64,000 nt of DNA, from assembly GCA_963719285.1 (NCBI GenBank), contig CAVRBO010000001.1:966918-1030917 (forward strand), in the 5' to 3' direction. The notes beneath the pieces are model-generated. The model was not told where the DNA came from and did not search any database. It was given only the letters and a program-made list of their open reading frames with translations. The stretch comes from an uncultured Chloroflexia bacterium (GTDB lineage Bacteria > Chloroflexota > Limnocylindria > Limnocylindrales > CSP1-4). Below are positions 18,673-30,098 of the stretch, one piece after another (within the stretch, counting starts at the first letter, position 1; each line of letters opens with the position of its first letter). The position numbers and the translations under genes are program-made.

Positions 18673-19137
18673 ATGACGTCTGAGCTTGTCCACCTACGGG
18701 AGATCACGGACGCCGACCGCGCCGCGGTCCTCGCGCTGCACGTCGCGCCGGGCCAGGAGCGCTTCGTGGCCGGGGTGCGCGAATCCATCGAAGAGGCTGC
18801 CGTCACGCCCGAGGCCAACCCCTGGTACCGGGCGATCTACGCGGGCGACGAGCCGGTCGGCTTCCTGATGCTCAGCTGGGACGTGACACCCGCGCCGGGC
18901 CTCTTCGGGCCGTGGTTCCTGTGGCGGCTCCTGATCGACGCCCGCCACCAGCGCAGGGGCTACGGCTGGGCCGCCCTGGAAGCCATCGCGGACCTGGTCC
19001 GCGCGGAGGGCGGTACCGAGCTGCTCACGAGCTACCAGCCGGGCGATGGCGGACCGTGGCCGTTCTACGAGAAGTTCGGGTTCCGTCCAACGGGCGAGCT
19101 CGACGGCACGGAGGTCCTCGTCAGCCTCGGCCTGTGA
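18673..19137 (+). CDS. GNAT family N-acetyltransferase
   Basis: 154 aa; motif A region QRRGYGWAALEAIADL and overall GNAT size. Confidence 0.7.
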   Translation: MTSELVHLREITDADRAAVLALHVAPGQERFVAGVRESIEEAAVTPEANPWYRAIYAGDEPVGFLMLSWDVTPAPGLFGPWFLWRLLIDARHQRRGYGWAALEAIADLVRAEGGTELLTSYQPGDGGPWPFYEKFGFRPTGELDGTEVLVSLGL

Positions 19138-19234
19138 CGTCCGGTCGGCCGGGACCAGGACCGGACCGCCGAGCATGGCTCCCGAGCGAAGGCGCCGCGC
19201 TGACCCGGCCCACGGGAAGGGCGTAAGAGCCGTC

Positions 19235-20260
19235 CTAGTACGTCACCGTGATGGTCCGGCCCGGGCCGTCCACCCGGATGTGGCCGCCGATCGGGATGAC
19301 CAGCTGCGGGTCGGTGTGCCCGAGGTCCACGTCGAACACCATGACCGGCTCGCGCCCGTATGCCGCGAAGGCCGCCAGGACCGCGTCGCGCTGGTCGCGC
19401 CGGAACACCCGGCGCGACGCGGCGTCCAGCGGCTGCTCGAAGCTCCACGCCTTCGGACGGCCCGCCAGGACCGCGTCGAACGCCGCCAGGAGCCCGCGCT
19501 CGCCGAAGCTGCGCAGGACGCGACCGACGTCGGTCGCCGACGGCATCTCCTCGGAGGTCTCGATGACGAGGACGCCTCCGTCCAACGCCCCGGGCGGCGG
19601 GATCCCCCGCCCCGCCATCGCCAGCCACGAGAGGATCTCGAGGTTGCCGCCCCAGGCGATCCCCTCGACGACCCGGTCGGCACCCTGCCACGTCCACGGG
19701 TCGGCCGGCTCGAGGGTCGGCACGGACGCGAACGTCGCGGGGTCCGACCAGGGGCGATCCATCTCGCCGAACGCCTCCGCCTGCGTCAGCGCGTAGGGCC
19801 CGGACGTGAACAGGGCGGCCTCGAGCGATCCCCGCGTGAGCGGGTGCATCGCTCCGGGACGGCCGAACTGGACCATGACCGACCCGCCGTGGAAGGCGAC
19901 CACGCCGCACTCCCACAGCAGCGCGAGCAGGTTCGTATTGTCGCTGTAGCCGAAGAACGGCTTGGGATTCGCCCGGATCAGGGCGCGATCGAGGTGCGGC
20001 AGCACCGCGATCTGGTCATCGCCGCCGATGCTGGTCAGGATGGCGGCGATCGTCGGGTCGGCGAAGGCCGCGTGGATGTCGGCCGCGCGATCGGCCGGCG
20101 AGGATCCCATCCGGCGAGTCGTCGGGTACTCCACCGGGACGAGACCGAAGTCGTCGCGCAACCTGGTCAGGCCGAGCTCGAACGGCAGCGGGAACAGGCC
20201 TGGCAGGCCCGAGGACGGCGAGAGGACGGCTACGCGGTCGCCCCGTTTCGGCTTGGCCGG
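19235..20260 (-). CDS. ldcA: LD-carboxypeptidase (peptidase S66; LdcA/MccF-like); start uncertain
   Basis: GDRVAVLSPSSGLPG upstream of listed ORF, then DPTIAAILTSIGGDD, FFGYSDNTNLL (Ser nucleophile region) and VDLGHTDP (His) motifs; no ATG/GTG found for the extended N-terminus so the 5' end is approximate. Confidence 0.55.
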   Translation of the reverse strand, partial: PAKPKRGDRVAVLSPSSGLPGLFPLPFELGLTRLRDDFGLVPVEYPTTRRMGSSPADRAADIHAAFADPTIAAILTSIGGDDQIAVLPHLDRALIRANPKPFFGYSDNTNLLALLWECGVVAFHGGSVMVQFGRPGAMHPLTRGSLEAALFTSGPYALTQAEAFGEMDRPWSDPATFASVPTLEPADPWTWQGADRVVEGIAWGGNLEILSWLAMAGRGIPPPGALDGGVLVIETSEEMPSATDVGRVLRSFGERGLLAAFDAVLAGRPKAWSFEQPLDAASRRVFRRDQRDAVLAAFAAYGREPVMVFDVDLGHTDPQLVIPIGGHIRVDGPGRTITVTY

Positions 20261-20286
20261 ATAGCGCGGTGACGGGGCGGACGCCG

Positions 20287-21632
<1,346 letters not shown>

Positions 21633-21636
<4 letters not shown>

Positions 21637-23045
21637 CGCTCCGTGCCGCCGTCGTCGAGGACGCGCGATCGCGGTTCGCGGATCCGGGCCGGCACCCCGA
21701 CGGCGAGCTTGCCGGGCGGGACGTCGTGGGTGACCACCGCGCCCGCGCCGGTCTTGGCCTCGTCGCCGATCTCGAGGGGCGCCACGAGCATCGAATCGAC
21801 GCCCAGGAAGACGTGCTCGCCGATGCGGGTCCGGTGCTTGCGCTGCCCGTCGTAGTTGGCGGTGATCGTGCCCGCCCCCACGTTCGTCCGGGCCCCCACG
21901 TCCGCGTCGCCGAGGTAGCTCATGTGGTGCTGCTGGACGCCCTCGCCCAGGCGGGTGTTCTTGATCTCGGCGTAGTTGCCCATCTTGACCCGGTCGCCGA
22001 TCGTGCTGCCCGGGCGGACGTGGCTGAACGGCCCGATCTCGACCTCGTCGCCCACGGTCGAGGACTCCACCACGCTCTGGACGATCCGGCAGTCGCGGCC
22101 CACGGCGGTGTCGACGATGTCCGAGCCCGACCCGACGAGCGTGCCCTCCCCGATCCGTGTCCGGCCGCGCAGGCGGACGTTCGCCTCGAGGGTCACGTCC
22201 CGGGCCAGCTCGACCGACGGCTCGATGTACGCCGTCGAGGGGTCCTGCATCGTCACCCCGGCGAGCAGGTGGCGCTCGTTGATCTCCGCCCGCAGATCGC
22301 CCTCCGCCTCGGCCAGCTGGAGGCGGTCGTTGATGCCGAGCAGCCGGCCGTCGTCCTCCACGACGATCGCGGTCACCCCTGCCCCGTCCTCGTGGGCGAA
22401 CCGGACGAGGTCGGTCAGGTACAGCTCGCCGCTGGCCGGCGATGGGCGCAGGTCGCCGATGCGCCGGCGCAGCCACGCGGCGTCGAAGGCGTAGATGCCG
22501 GCGTTGATCTCGGCGATGTCCAGCTGCTCGTCCGTGGCGTCCTTGGCCTCGACGATGCCGGTCACGGCCCCGTCGGCGTCCCGGACGACCCGCCCGAGCG
22601 ATCCCGGCTCACCGGTCTCCACGCTCGTGATCGCGACCGCCGCGCCGGCCGCCCGTCGTTCGGTGAGGAGCGCGCCGGGCAGCTCCGGATGCATCCGTGG
22701 CACGTCGCCGTTCAGGACGAGGACCACGTCCGCGCCGGTCGGGACCGCCGCGAGGCCGGACCGGACCGCGTCGCCGGTCCCGATCGGTGTGGCCTGCAGC
22801 GCGAAGTCGGCGACCTCGGCGAAGACGTCACGAGTCGCCTCGGTCGCGGGCGAATAGACCACCACCGGGCGGCCGCCCGTCGACGCGACCGCGACGTCGA
22901 GGACGTAGCCGAGCATCGGCCGGCCGAGGAGCGGATGGAGGAGCTTGGGCAGGCTCGACCGCATGCGCGTGCCCAGCCCGGCGGCCAGGACGACCGCGAC
23001 CGCCCGTTCGCCCGACGCGGCGGGTTCAGCCATATCGGTGTTCAC
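21633..23045 (-). CDS. glmU: bifunctional UDP-N-acetylglucosamine pyrophosphorylase/glucosamine-1-phosphate N-acetyltransferase
   Basis: AVVLAAGLGTRMRSSLPKLLHPLLGRPML nucleotidyltransferase N-terminus plus C-terminal hexapeptide-repeat acetyltransferase region. Confidence 0.85.
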
Positions 23046-23266
23046 GCCGGTCGGTGAGCGGTGAGGCCGGCGAGGGGGGTTCGATGGTCATCGTTGGGTC
23101 GTGAAGCGTAGGAGCGGCCCGACGGGAGTGTCAACCGCGGCTTCCCGCTCCGGACGGCACGCCCGGCGTGCGAGACAGCGGGCGTAGACCAATTCCGCCA
23201 TCCCCGACCTCCCGTCGGCACGCCCGGCGTAGCGCCAGGTCCGGCGAGCGGAACCAGGGTCGCGCC

Positions 23267-23794
23267 TCAGCGGGAGCCGGGTCCGCTCGCCGTACGCCCG
23301 GTCGAGATGGCCCGCCGGATCTGATCCGCATGGTCGTGGCAATGGGCGGCATAGATCTGCAGCCAGTCCTCCACGCCGTAGCGGCCCGACTCGGTGTGGA
23401 CGCCCTCGCGGCCCCATTGCTCCTCGGTCAGGTGCTCCAGGATCTGGAGCGTGGTCTCGCGGGCGGCATCGACCGCGGCGAGCGACGGAGCGATCGCGCG
23501 GTCGTCGTAGAACAGGCGCCGGGCGAACGTCGGTTCGTCATAGCCCTCGATGACCGGGTGGTCCTCCGCGATGAGCCGGCGCAGCCGCATCGCCGACATC
23601 ATCTCGCTGTCGGCCAGGTGGTGGACGACCATCCGGGCGGTCCACGCGTCCGGTGCGGCCGGCGGCGCGTCCAGGTCGGCCTCGGTCGCGCCCTCGAGCA
23701 CCTCGAGCACGGCCCGATGCCCGTCCCGGTACCTGGCGATGAGCGCGTCGCGCTCGGCCCCCGTGAGGCGGATGGCGGACGGCTGGTCGCTCAT
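23267..23794 (-). CDS. DinB_2/DUF664 family protein (DinB/YfiT-like metal-dependent four-helix bundle)
   Basis: VHHLADSEMMSAMRLRRL and AHCHDHADQIRR His-rich motifs; internal ATG (MSDQPS) gives ATGA overlap with ridA stop. Confidence 0.55.
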   Translation of the reverse strand: MSDQPSAIRLTGAERDALIARYRDGHRAVLEVLEGATEADLDAPPAAPDAWTARMVVHHLADSEMMSAMRLRRLIAEDHPVIEGYDEPTFARRLFYDDRAIAPSLAAVDAARETTLQILEHLTEEQWGREGVHTESGRYGVEDWLQIYAAHCHDHADQIRRAISTGRTASGPGSR

Positions 23795-24177
23795 GACCGG
23801 CGGATCGCCGTCGCTTCGATCTCGATCCGGGCGCCCTTGGGCAGCGCCCCGACCGCGAACGTGGAGCGGGCGGGCGGCGGGTCCGGCATCCGCCGGCCGT
23901 AGACGGCGTTGACGGCGGCGAAGTCGGCGATGTCCGCGAGGAAGAGCGTCGTCTTGACGACATCGGCCCACGTGCAGCCGCCGGCCTCGAGCACCGCCGT
24001 GAGGTTCAGGAGGGCTCGCTCGGCCTGCGCTTCGACGCCGCCGTCGACGAGTTCGCCGGTCGCCGGGTCGAGGCCGATCTGGCCGGAGCAGAACACGAGG
24101 CCATCGGTGAAGATGCCCTGGCTGTACGGCCCGATGGCGGCCGGGGCGTCGGGCGTGCGGATCGCGTCGCGGATCAT
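23791..24177 (-). CDS. ridA: RidA/YjgF family reactive-intermediate deaminase
   Basis: 128 aa MIRDAIRTPDAPAAIGPYSQGIF...RIEIEATA typical RidA; ATGA coupling with ispE stop. Confidence 0.75.
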   Translation of the reverse strand: MIRDAIRTPDAPAAIGPYSQGIFTDGLVFCSGQIGLDPATGELVDGGVEAQAERALLNLTAVLEAGGCTWADVVKTTLFLADIADFAAVNAVYGRRMPDPPPARSTFAVGALPKGARIEIEATAIRRS

Positions 24178-25180
24178 GCTCCCTCCTCGGGGCTGTCTGG
24201 GGCCGTGGCCGGTGTCCTGGCGAGGGTCGTCGCGATGACCGACGGTGCGCCCCCGGGGAATGTCACCGTGCCATCGCCGACGGCGGCACGGACGACATCG
24301 GCGGCCGTGCCGGCCTCCGCCAGCGAAGGATAGAGCGCCCAGGCCGTGGGCCCCGAGCCGGATTGACCGATGGGACGGCCAAGGAGCCGGCCGAGCGAAC
24401 GACGGAACCCGATGAGCTCCGGCAGCACCGCGGCGGTGGCGGGGAACAGGTCGTTGGCCACGGCGAGGACCCCCGCCCGCTCGACGAGACGGGCCGAGCT
24501 GAGCCCGCCCGCCAGCTCCGAGGCGAGATGGGACGACGAGCGCCGCGTCGCGCCAGGGTCGCGTGGACCGGCACCTTCGTCGAAGGCCGCGAAGACCGCG
24601 CCCGTCGAGACCGCGACCGACGGCGTCACGAGGAGGACGCCCGGCGGCGGTCCGGTGACCGGGGCCAGCGGGGTGCACCGTTCGCCGCGGCCCTCGACCA
24701 GCGCCGGGCCGCCCGCGAGGAAGAACGGCACGTCCGACCCGATCCGGGCCGCGATCTCGAGACGGGTCGTCGGGTCGAGCTCGGCACCCCAGGCCTCCAG
24801 GGCACCGTCCAGGGCGGCCGCCGCGTCACTGCTGCCGCCGGCGAGTCCGGCCGCCACGGGGATGCGCTTGTCGAGCCGGACCGCCAGCGCCGGCGCCGGC
24901 CCGGACGCGGGGCCTGCCGGTCCGCCGAGATCGACCCAGCCGGCCCCCACGGCCCGGCGCGCCTCGGCGATCGCGCGCAGGACGAGGTTGTCCGCCGCGG
25001 GACCCGGGTCGTGGCCCTCCACGTGGAGGGTGTCCGTCCCGGCCGGCGCTCGGGCGAGGGTGAGCACGTCGGCGAGGTCGAGCGGGACCATGACCGAGTG
25101 GAGGTCGTGGAACCCGTCCCGGTTCCTGCCGAGCACTGCGAGGGTCAGGTTGAGCTTGGCCGGCGCGAGCCGGATGACCG
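24174..25180 (-). CDS. ispE: 4-diphosphocytidyl-2-C-methyl-D-erythritol kinase
   Basis: APAKLNLTLAVLGRNRDGFHDL and PVAAGLAGGSSDAAAAL GHMP-kinase motifs; start approximate. Confidence 0.75.
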
Positions 25181-25222
25181 GTGCGAGTCGCCGCGCGGCA
25201 TCCGGAGCGCCGGGCTGCCCGA

Positions 25223-26206
25223 TCACCGCCCGGGCCCATCGCCGGACGCCGGGCCCGTCGCGTCCGGTCCGGGGTCGTGCGGATGGCGCCGGCCGCGCCG
25301 ATCGGGACCGATCGGACCGAGCGTGGACCGGAGGGCCAGCCACTCCCCGACCGAGAGCGTCTGCGGTCGCCGGGTCGGGGCGATGCCGGTCGCCGCGAGC
25401 GCGGCGTCGACACGCGCCGGCGCGATCGGGAGCTGCCGCGTCAGCACGTTGTGGATCATCTTGCGCCGCTCGCGGAACGAAGCCTGGACGAGGCGCCAGA
25501 AGTCGTCGACCTCCTCCGCCGAGAGGGCCGAGAGCGGGCCATCGCGGAGCGGCTCGACGGCGATGACCGCCGAATCGACGCTCGGCTCCGGCTCGAACGC
25601 GCCGGGCGGGACCCGGAAGGCGACGCGGACAGCCGCATGGGCCTGCACGAAGACCGACAGGTAGCTCATCGCCCCCGGAGGAGCGGCGATCCGCTCGGCG
25701 ACCTCGCGCTGGACCATGAGCACGGCCCGGGCGGGCCGAGGCTCGGCCTCGAGCAGCCGATGGAGGATCGGGCTCGTCACGTGGTACGGCAGGTTGGCGA
25801 CGACGTCGTAGGGCGGAGCAAGGAGGGCGGTCAGGTCCTGGTCGAGCGCATCGCCCTCGATGAGACGCAGCCCGCCGGGGGCCGCCGCGTCCGCGTCGGC
25901 CAGGGCGAGCTCGTCGACGAACGCCGAGCGCACCCGGGCCGCGAGCGCCCGGTCGAGCTCGACGGCCGTTACCGTGGCGCCGGCCGCGAGGAGGCCGCCC
26001 GTCAGGATCCCGAGTCCGGGCCCGATCTCAAGGACGCGCCGACCCGGGGTGGGAGCCGCTTCGGCGAGGATCGCGTCGAGCACGTCGATGTCGGCGAGGA
26101 AGTTCTGCGAGAGCGCGTGGCGGGCGTGGAGGCCCGCCTCCTTCAGGGTCCGCCGGACGGCATCTGCGTCGAGGCGGGGCGGGCGCGTGCCGATGGGGCC
26201 GGTCAT
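25223..26206 (-). CDS. rsmA: 16S rRNA (adenine1518/1519-N6)-dimethyltransferase
   Basis: LSQNFLAD and VLEIGPGLGILT SAM-binding motifs of KsgA/RsmA; ATG adjacent to tsaD stop. Confidence 0.75.
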   Translation of the reverse strand: MTGPIGTRPPRLDADAVRRTLKEAGLHARHALSQNFLADIDVLDAILAEAAPTPGRRVLEIGPGLGILTGGLLAAGATVTAVELDRALAARVRSAFVDELALADADAAAPGGLRLIEGDALDQDLTALLAPPYDVVANLPYHVTSPILHRLLEAEPRPARAVLMVQREVAERIAAPPGAMSYLSVFVQAHAAVRVAFRVPPGAFEPEPSVDSAVIAVEPLRDGPLSALSAEEVDDFWRLVQASFRERRKMIHNVLTRQLPIAPARVDAALAATGIAPTRRPQTLSVGEWLALRSTLGPIGPDRRGRRHPHDPGPDATGPASGDGPGR

Positions 26207-27267
26207 GGGTGGGCCAGCGGCAGCGACGGGCGGGCGTCGAGCTCGAGGCCTGCCCGCTCGCCCGCGGCGAACCGGCGCGCTCCGGCCGCCCCGATCATCG
26301 CCCCGTTGTCCGTGCACAGGCCGGGCCGCGGCACGATGAGCGGCAGGTCGGACTCCGCCGCCCTCGCGGCCAGGCGCCCGCGCAGCGCGCTGTTCGCGGC
26401 CACGCCACCGCCGAGCACGATCGACCGGGCGCCGGTCGCCTCGGCCGCCCGCATGGTCTTCGCGACGAGGACGTCCACCACCGACTCCTGGAACCCGAAC
26501 GCGAGCTCGGCGACCGTCGCGTCGTCGAGGCGCGCTTCGGGGTCGCCGGGTGGCAGCCCTTCGTCCGCGCGGGCCGCATCGACGATCCGGCGCGCCGCGG
26601 TCTTGAGCCCGCTGAAACTGAAGTCGTAGCTGTCGCCGAGCCAGGCGCGCGGGAACGCGACATCCCGGCGGACCGCGCCCGCGGCCGCCTTCTGGATGGC
26701 CGGGCCGCCGGGGTAGCCGAGGCCGAGGAGGCGGCCGACCTTGTCGAACGCCTCGCCCGCGGCGTCATCGACGGTCGTGCCGAGCAGGCGGTAGGTCAGG
26801 TGGTCGCTCATCGTGACGAGGAACGTGTGGCCGCCGCTCACGACGAGCGCGACGAGCGGGAACGTCGGCTCGGGCGGATCGGTCCCGCGGTCGGCCAGCC
26901 AGGCGGCGTACACGTGGCCCTCGAGGTGGTTGACCCCGATGAGCGGCTTGTCGTGGACCCACGCGAGCGCCTTGGCGAAGTTGATGCCGACGAGGAGGGA
27001 GCCCGCCAGGCCCGGGCCGTAGGTCACCGCCACGGCGTCGATGTCGGGCCAGCCCACGGCGGCGTCGGTCAGTGCCGCGTCGAGGACCGGCACGATCCAG
27101 CGCAGGTGCGCTCGCGCGGCCACTTCGGGAACGATCCCGCCGGTCGCCGCGTGGAGCGCGACCTGGCTCGCCACGACGTCGGCCAGGATCGCCCGGCCGC
27201 CCTCGACGAGCGCGATGCCGGTCTCGTCGCAGCTGCTCTCGATGGCCAGGAGCAGGGGGCCGGTCAC
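26203..27267 (-). CDS. tsaD: tRNA N6-adenosine threonylcarbamoyltransferase
   Basis: MTGPLLLAIESSCDETGIALV and HLEGH metal motif of Kae1/TsaD. Confidence 0.85.
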   Translation of the reverse strand: MTGPLLLAIESSCDETGIALVEGGRAILADVVASQVALHAATGGIVPEVAARAHLRWIVPVLDAALTDAAVGWPDIDAVAVTYGPGLAGSLLVGINFAKALAWVHDKPLIGVNHLEGHVYAAWLADRGTDPPEPTFPLVALVVSGGHTFLVTMSDHLTYRLLGTTVDDAAGEAFDKVGRLLGLGYPGGPAIQKAAAGAVRRDVAFPRAWLGDSYDFSFSGLKTAARRIVDAARADEGLPPGDPEARLDDATVAELAFGFQESVVDVLVAKTMRAAEATGARSIVLGGGVAANSALRGRLAARAAESDLPLIVPRPGLCTDNGAMIGAAGARRFAAGERAGLELDARPSLPLAHP

Positions 27268-27839
27268 CGGGTGGGGTCCTCGGGACCGGGGCCCGGGCCA
27301 ACGCCGGCTCCGCGGGACGCGCCGGCGTCCAGCTCGCGACCGTCGTCCAGGCTCGCCCGGAGCCGGGCGATGCGGGCCCGCATCGACGGCTCGCCGAGCG
27401 GTTCGGTGGTCATGATCAGGGCGTCCTCGTTGTCGTCGCTGTAGTAGCGCGGCCGCAGCCCCACCGGCCGGAAGCCGTACTTCTCGTAGAGCTTGCGGGC
27501 GGCCACGTTCGACAGGCGGACCTCGAGGGTGGCCTCGCGGGCGCCGTTCGCGACCGCCACGTCCAGCATCGCGAGCAGGAGCCGCTCCCCGATCGAGCGA
27601 CGCCGGAAGTCCGGATGGACCGCGAACGTCGTCACGTGGGCCTCGTCGAGCATGAGCCAGATGCCGGCGAACGCGACGATGCGGCCGTCGAGCCGGGCGA
27701 CCCGGTAGTGGGCCAGCCGGTTCGTCTCGATCTCGGCCGGGTAGGCGTGGGCCGGCCAGGGCGTCGAGAAGCTCCGCCGCTCGATCTCCCGGACCGCGTC
27801 GAGATCCGGGAGCCCCATCTGCTCGATCTCGAGCCTCAC
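27264..27839 (-). CDS. rimI: ribosomal-protein-alanine N-acetyltransferase
   Basis: GNAT core (RRRSIGERLLLAMLD) between tsaB and tsaD as in the conserved tsaEB-rimI-tsaD cluster; GTGA overlap with tsaB stop. Confidence 0.7.
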   Translation of the reverse strand: MRLEIEQMGLPDLDAVREIERRSFSTPWPAHAYPAEIETNRLAHYRVARLDGRIVAFAGIWLMLDEAHVTTFAVHPDFRRRSIGERLLLAMLDVAVANGAREATLEVRLSNVAARKLYEKYGFRPVGLRPRYYSDDNEDALIMTTEPLGEPSMRARIARLRASLDDGRELDAGASRGAGVGPGPGPEDPTR

Positions 27840-28545
27840 CGGGGGTCGTGCGACCACGTCACCGTTCCCGACTCGCGCGCGACGCCTCGCGGCAGGGTCA
27901 CATACTCCGGCACGAGGCCGGCCAGATCGTCGACGTCGCCCGCCGCCAGGCGGCGCGCCCCGAGGCGCAGGAGCGCGGCGCCCAGGCCGGCCAGCGCCCG
28001 GTCGCCGAGTGCGCTCGCCGCGTCCGGCGCCCGTCCGGCCAGATCGACCGCCACGAGTGTCGTCGAGGCCGGCAGGTCCGGATCCGTCCCGGCCGCCAGG
28101 CGCACCGGGCCCGCCGCTGTGACAAGGACCCGGTCCTGCGGACCGGCCGGCACGACGAGGGCCAGGTCGACCGTCGAGGGCGCCCCGAGCGCGGACGCCG
28201 CGGCGTCGAGCAGGGCCGCGCTCGTCGCGACACCCACGATCGGGATGCCGAGGCCGAGGGCGAGTCCCTTGGCGGTGGCGAGGCCGACCCGCAGCCCCGT
28301 GAACGTGCCCGGTCCGGTCCCCACGACGATCCCCCGCAGGCGCGACCGCCGGACGTTGTTCTCGCCGAGGACCCGACCCAGCGTCGGCAGCAGCGTCTCC
28401 CCGTGGCGATGGCCGGCCAGCCAGGTCGTTTCGCCCACGGGCGTGCCGTCCGGGCGGCCCAGCGCGATCACGACCCGCGACGTGGCCGTGTCGAGGGCGA
28501 GGATCGCCGGCGTGCGACCGTCGTGCCGGCCGGGACCGCTCACCG
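27836..28545 (-). CDS. tsaB: tRNA threonylcarbamoyladenosine biosynthesis protein TsaB
   Basis: ILALDTATSRVVIALG ... IVVGTGPGTFTGLRVGLATAKGLA, inactive Kae1 paralog; start approximate. Confidence 0.7.
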
Positions 28546-29010
28546 GATCGCCTCGAGGTACCGGACGAGGCGTCCGTCGGTCGGGCCGAGGCGGACGGTC
28601 CGTGGCCCCTCCCCGGTGCCGTCGATCGTGACGTCGAGGCGGGCCGCCGGGAGGCCGGGGGCCAGGCGATCCGCCCACTCGATGAGCGTGACGCCGTCGG
28701 CCTGGCGCTCGTCGAGCAGTCCGTCCGCGATCGCGGCGCCATCCCCGGCGAGCCGGAACAGGTCGATGTGGAAGAGAGGCAGCCGGCCCCGGTACTCGGC
28801 CATGAGGACGAAGCTCGGCGAGATCACCGTGTCGGTCACGCCCAGGCCGAGCCCGAACCCCTTCGCGAACTGGGTCTTGCCCGCCCCGAGCTCCCCGAAC
28901 AGGCACACCAGGTCACCGGGCGCGGCGACGACCGCGAGTGCGGCCCCGAGCGCGCGCATGGCCCCGGGGTCCGGCACGGTGACGTCACGGACACCGTGGG
29001 CGACGGCGTG
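28540..29010 (-). CDS. tsaE: tRNA threonylcarbamoyladenosine biosynthesis ATPase TsaE
   Basis: LFGELGAGKTQFAKG Walker A and SPSFVL motif; start approximate. Confidence 0.65.
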   Translation of the reverse strand, partial: HAVAHGVRDVTVPDPGAMRALGAALAVVAAPGDLVCLFGELGAGKTQFAKGFGLGLGVTDTVISPSFVLMAEYRGRLPLFHIDLFRLAGDGAAIADGLLDERQADGVTLIEWADRLAPGLPAARLDVTIDGTGEGPRTVRLGPTDGRLVRYLEAIR

Positions 29011-29048
29011 GGCACCGGTCGATGGTGAGATGGGCGCCACCGGAGGGC

Positions 29049-30068
29049 TCAGGCGAACCGCTCGAGGTCGCCCAGCGGGACGACCGCGGCCGTCCCGTCG
29101 TCGAAGCGGATCCGGCCGGCCTCCAGGTGGGCGCCGGCGCGGAATCGGCGCAACCCGGCGAGGCCCTCCCAGCGGCCCTCGCGACCGGCCCACGGTCCGT
29201 GGGCGATGCGCACGTGGACCGGATCGAGCTCCGGCACCTCGGCCGGGGCGAACCCGAACAGCAGGCACGGCGGATCGGCGGCGATGCCGACCTCACGACC
29301 CGCATGGGCGCGCAGGAGGGCGAGGGCCGGTTCCGCGATCGGGCGGCGGAGGTGGCCGTCGAGGACGAGGACGCCGAACGGGGCGGCCCGATGCAGGCTC
29401 GCCCGCTGTCGCGCCTCGGATGCGGCGAAGTCACGGCCGTCCTTGTCCGACAGCGCGGCGACGACGATGCCCCGGACGCCCATCGCCCGGGCCCGGCTCA
29501 GCGTCTCCGCGTCGACCCGGGCGTCGAACACGAGGATCGTCCCCGCACGCCCCACGTCGATCGCCCCGGGCCGCGCCTCCCCATCGCCGGTGGCCGCGAT
29601 CTCCAGCCGGCCGCGGGCCGGGCCGCCGAGCGACTGGACACCCAGGAGCGCGAGGCCGGGCACATCGACCGACAGGGCGATCCCCGGCCGGACATCGCGG
29701 ACGACTCCCGCCGCCGGCGCCTCGAGCGCGTCGACGGCCGTGCCGACGGCCATCCGCCAGCGACCGTCGGCCCGGGTGACGAGCTCACCGCCGGATCCAT
29801 CGGCCGCCGCGACCCAGGCCCCCGACCGCGACGCCGCGCCCGTCGCGGCGGTGCCGGCGTCCACCAGGGTCGCCTCGGCCGTCCGCTCGGCCAGCGGCGC
29901 CCCGGGGGAGACGACGTCGCCGGCGCGCACGAGGGGCCGGTCCCCGACGGCGAGCGGGAACCGGACGAGCGGATCGTGGAGGGTCAGACGGTGCACCCGG
30001 ACGAGGGCGAGGCCCGGTGCGAGCTCCTGCGGGGCACGGCGGGCGCCCGGCGGCGGCGTCCCGATCAA
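29049..30068 (-). CDS. hypothetical protein (339 aa), no confident family assignment
   Basis: long ORF co-directional and 30 nt downstream of the 544-aa gene; N-terminal VRVHRLTLHDPLVRFPLAVGDRPLVRAGDVVSPGAPLAE resembles a barrel-sandwich/lipoyl-like segment. Confidence 0.4.
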   Translation of the reverse strand: MIGTPPPGARRAPQELAPGLALVRVHRLTLHDPLVRFPLAVGDRPLVRAGDVVSPGAPLAERTAEATLVDAGTAATGAASRSGAWVAAADGSGGELVTRADGRWRMAVGTAVDALEAPAAGVVRDVRPGIALSVDVPGLALLGVQSLGGPARGRLEIAATGDGEARPGAIDVGRAGTILVFDARVDAETLSRARAMGVRGIVVAALSDKDGRDFAASEARQRASLHRAAPFGVLVLDGHLRRPIAEPALALLRAHAGREVGIAADPPCLLFGFAPAEVPELDPVHVRIAHGPWAGREGRWEGLAGLRRFRAGAHLEAGRIRFDDGTAAVVPLGDLERFA

Positions 30069-30098
30069 TGGGTGCCCCCTATCATCCGGTGCCCCCGC

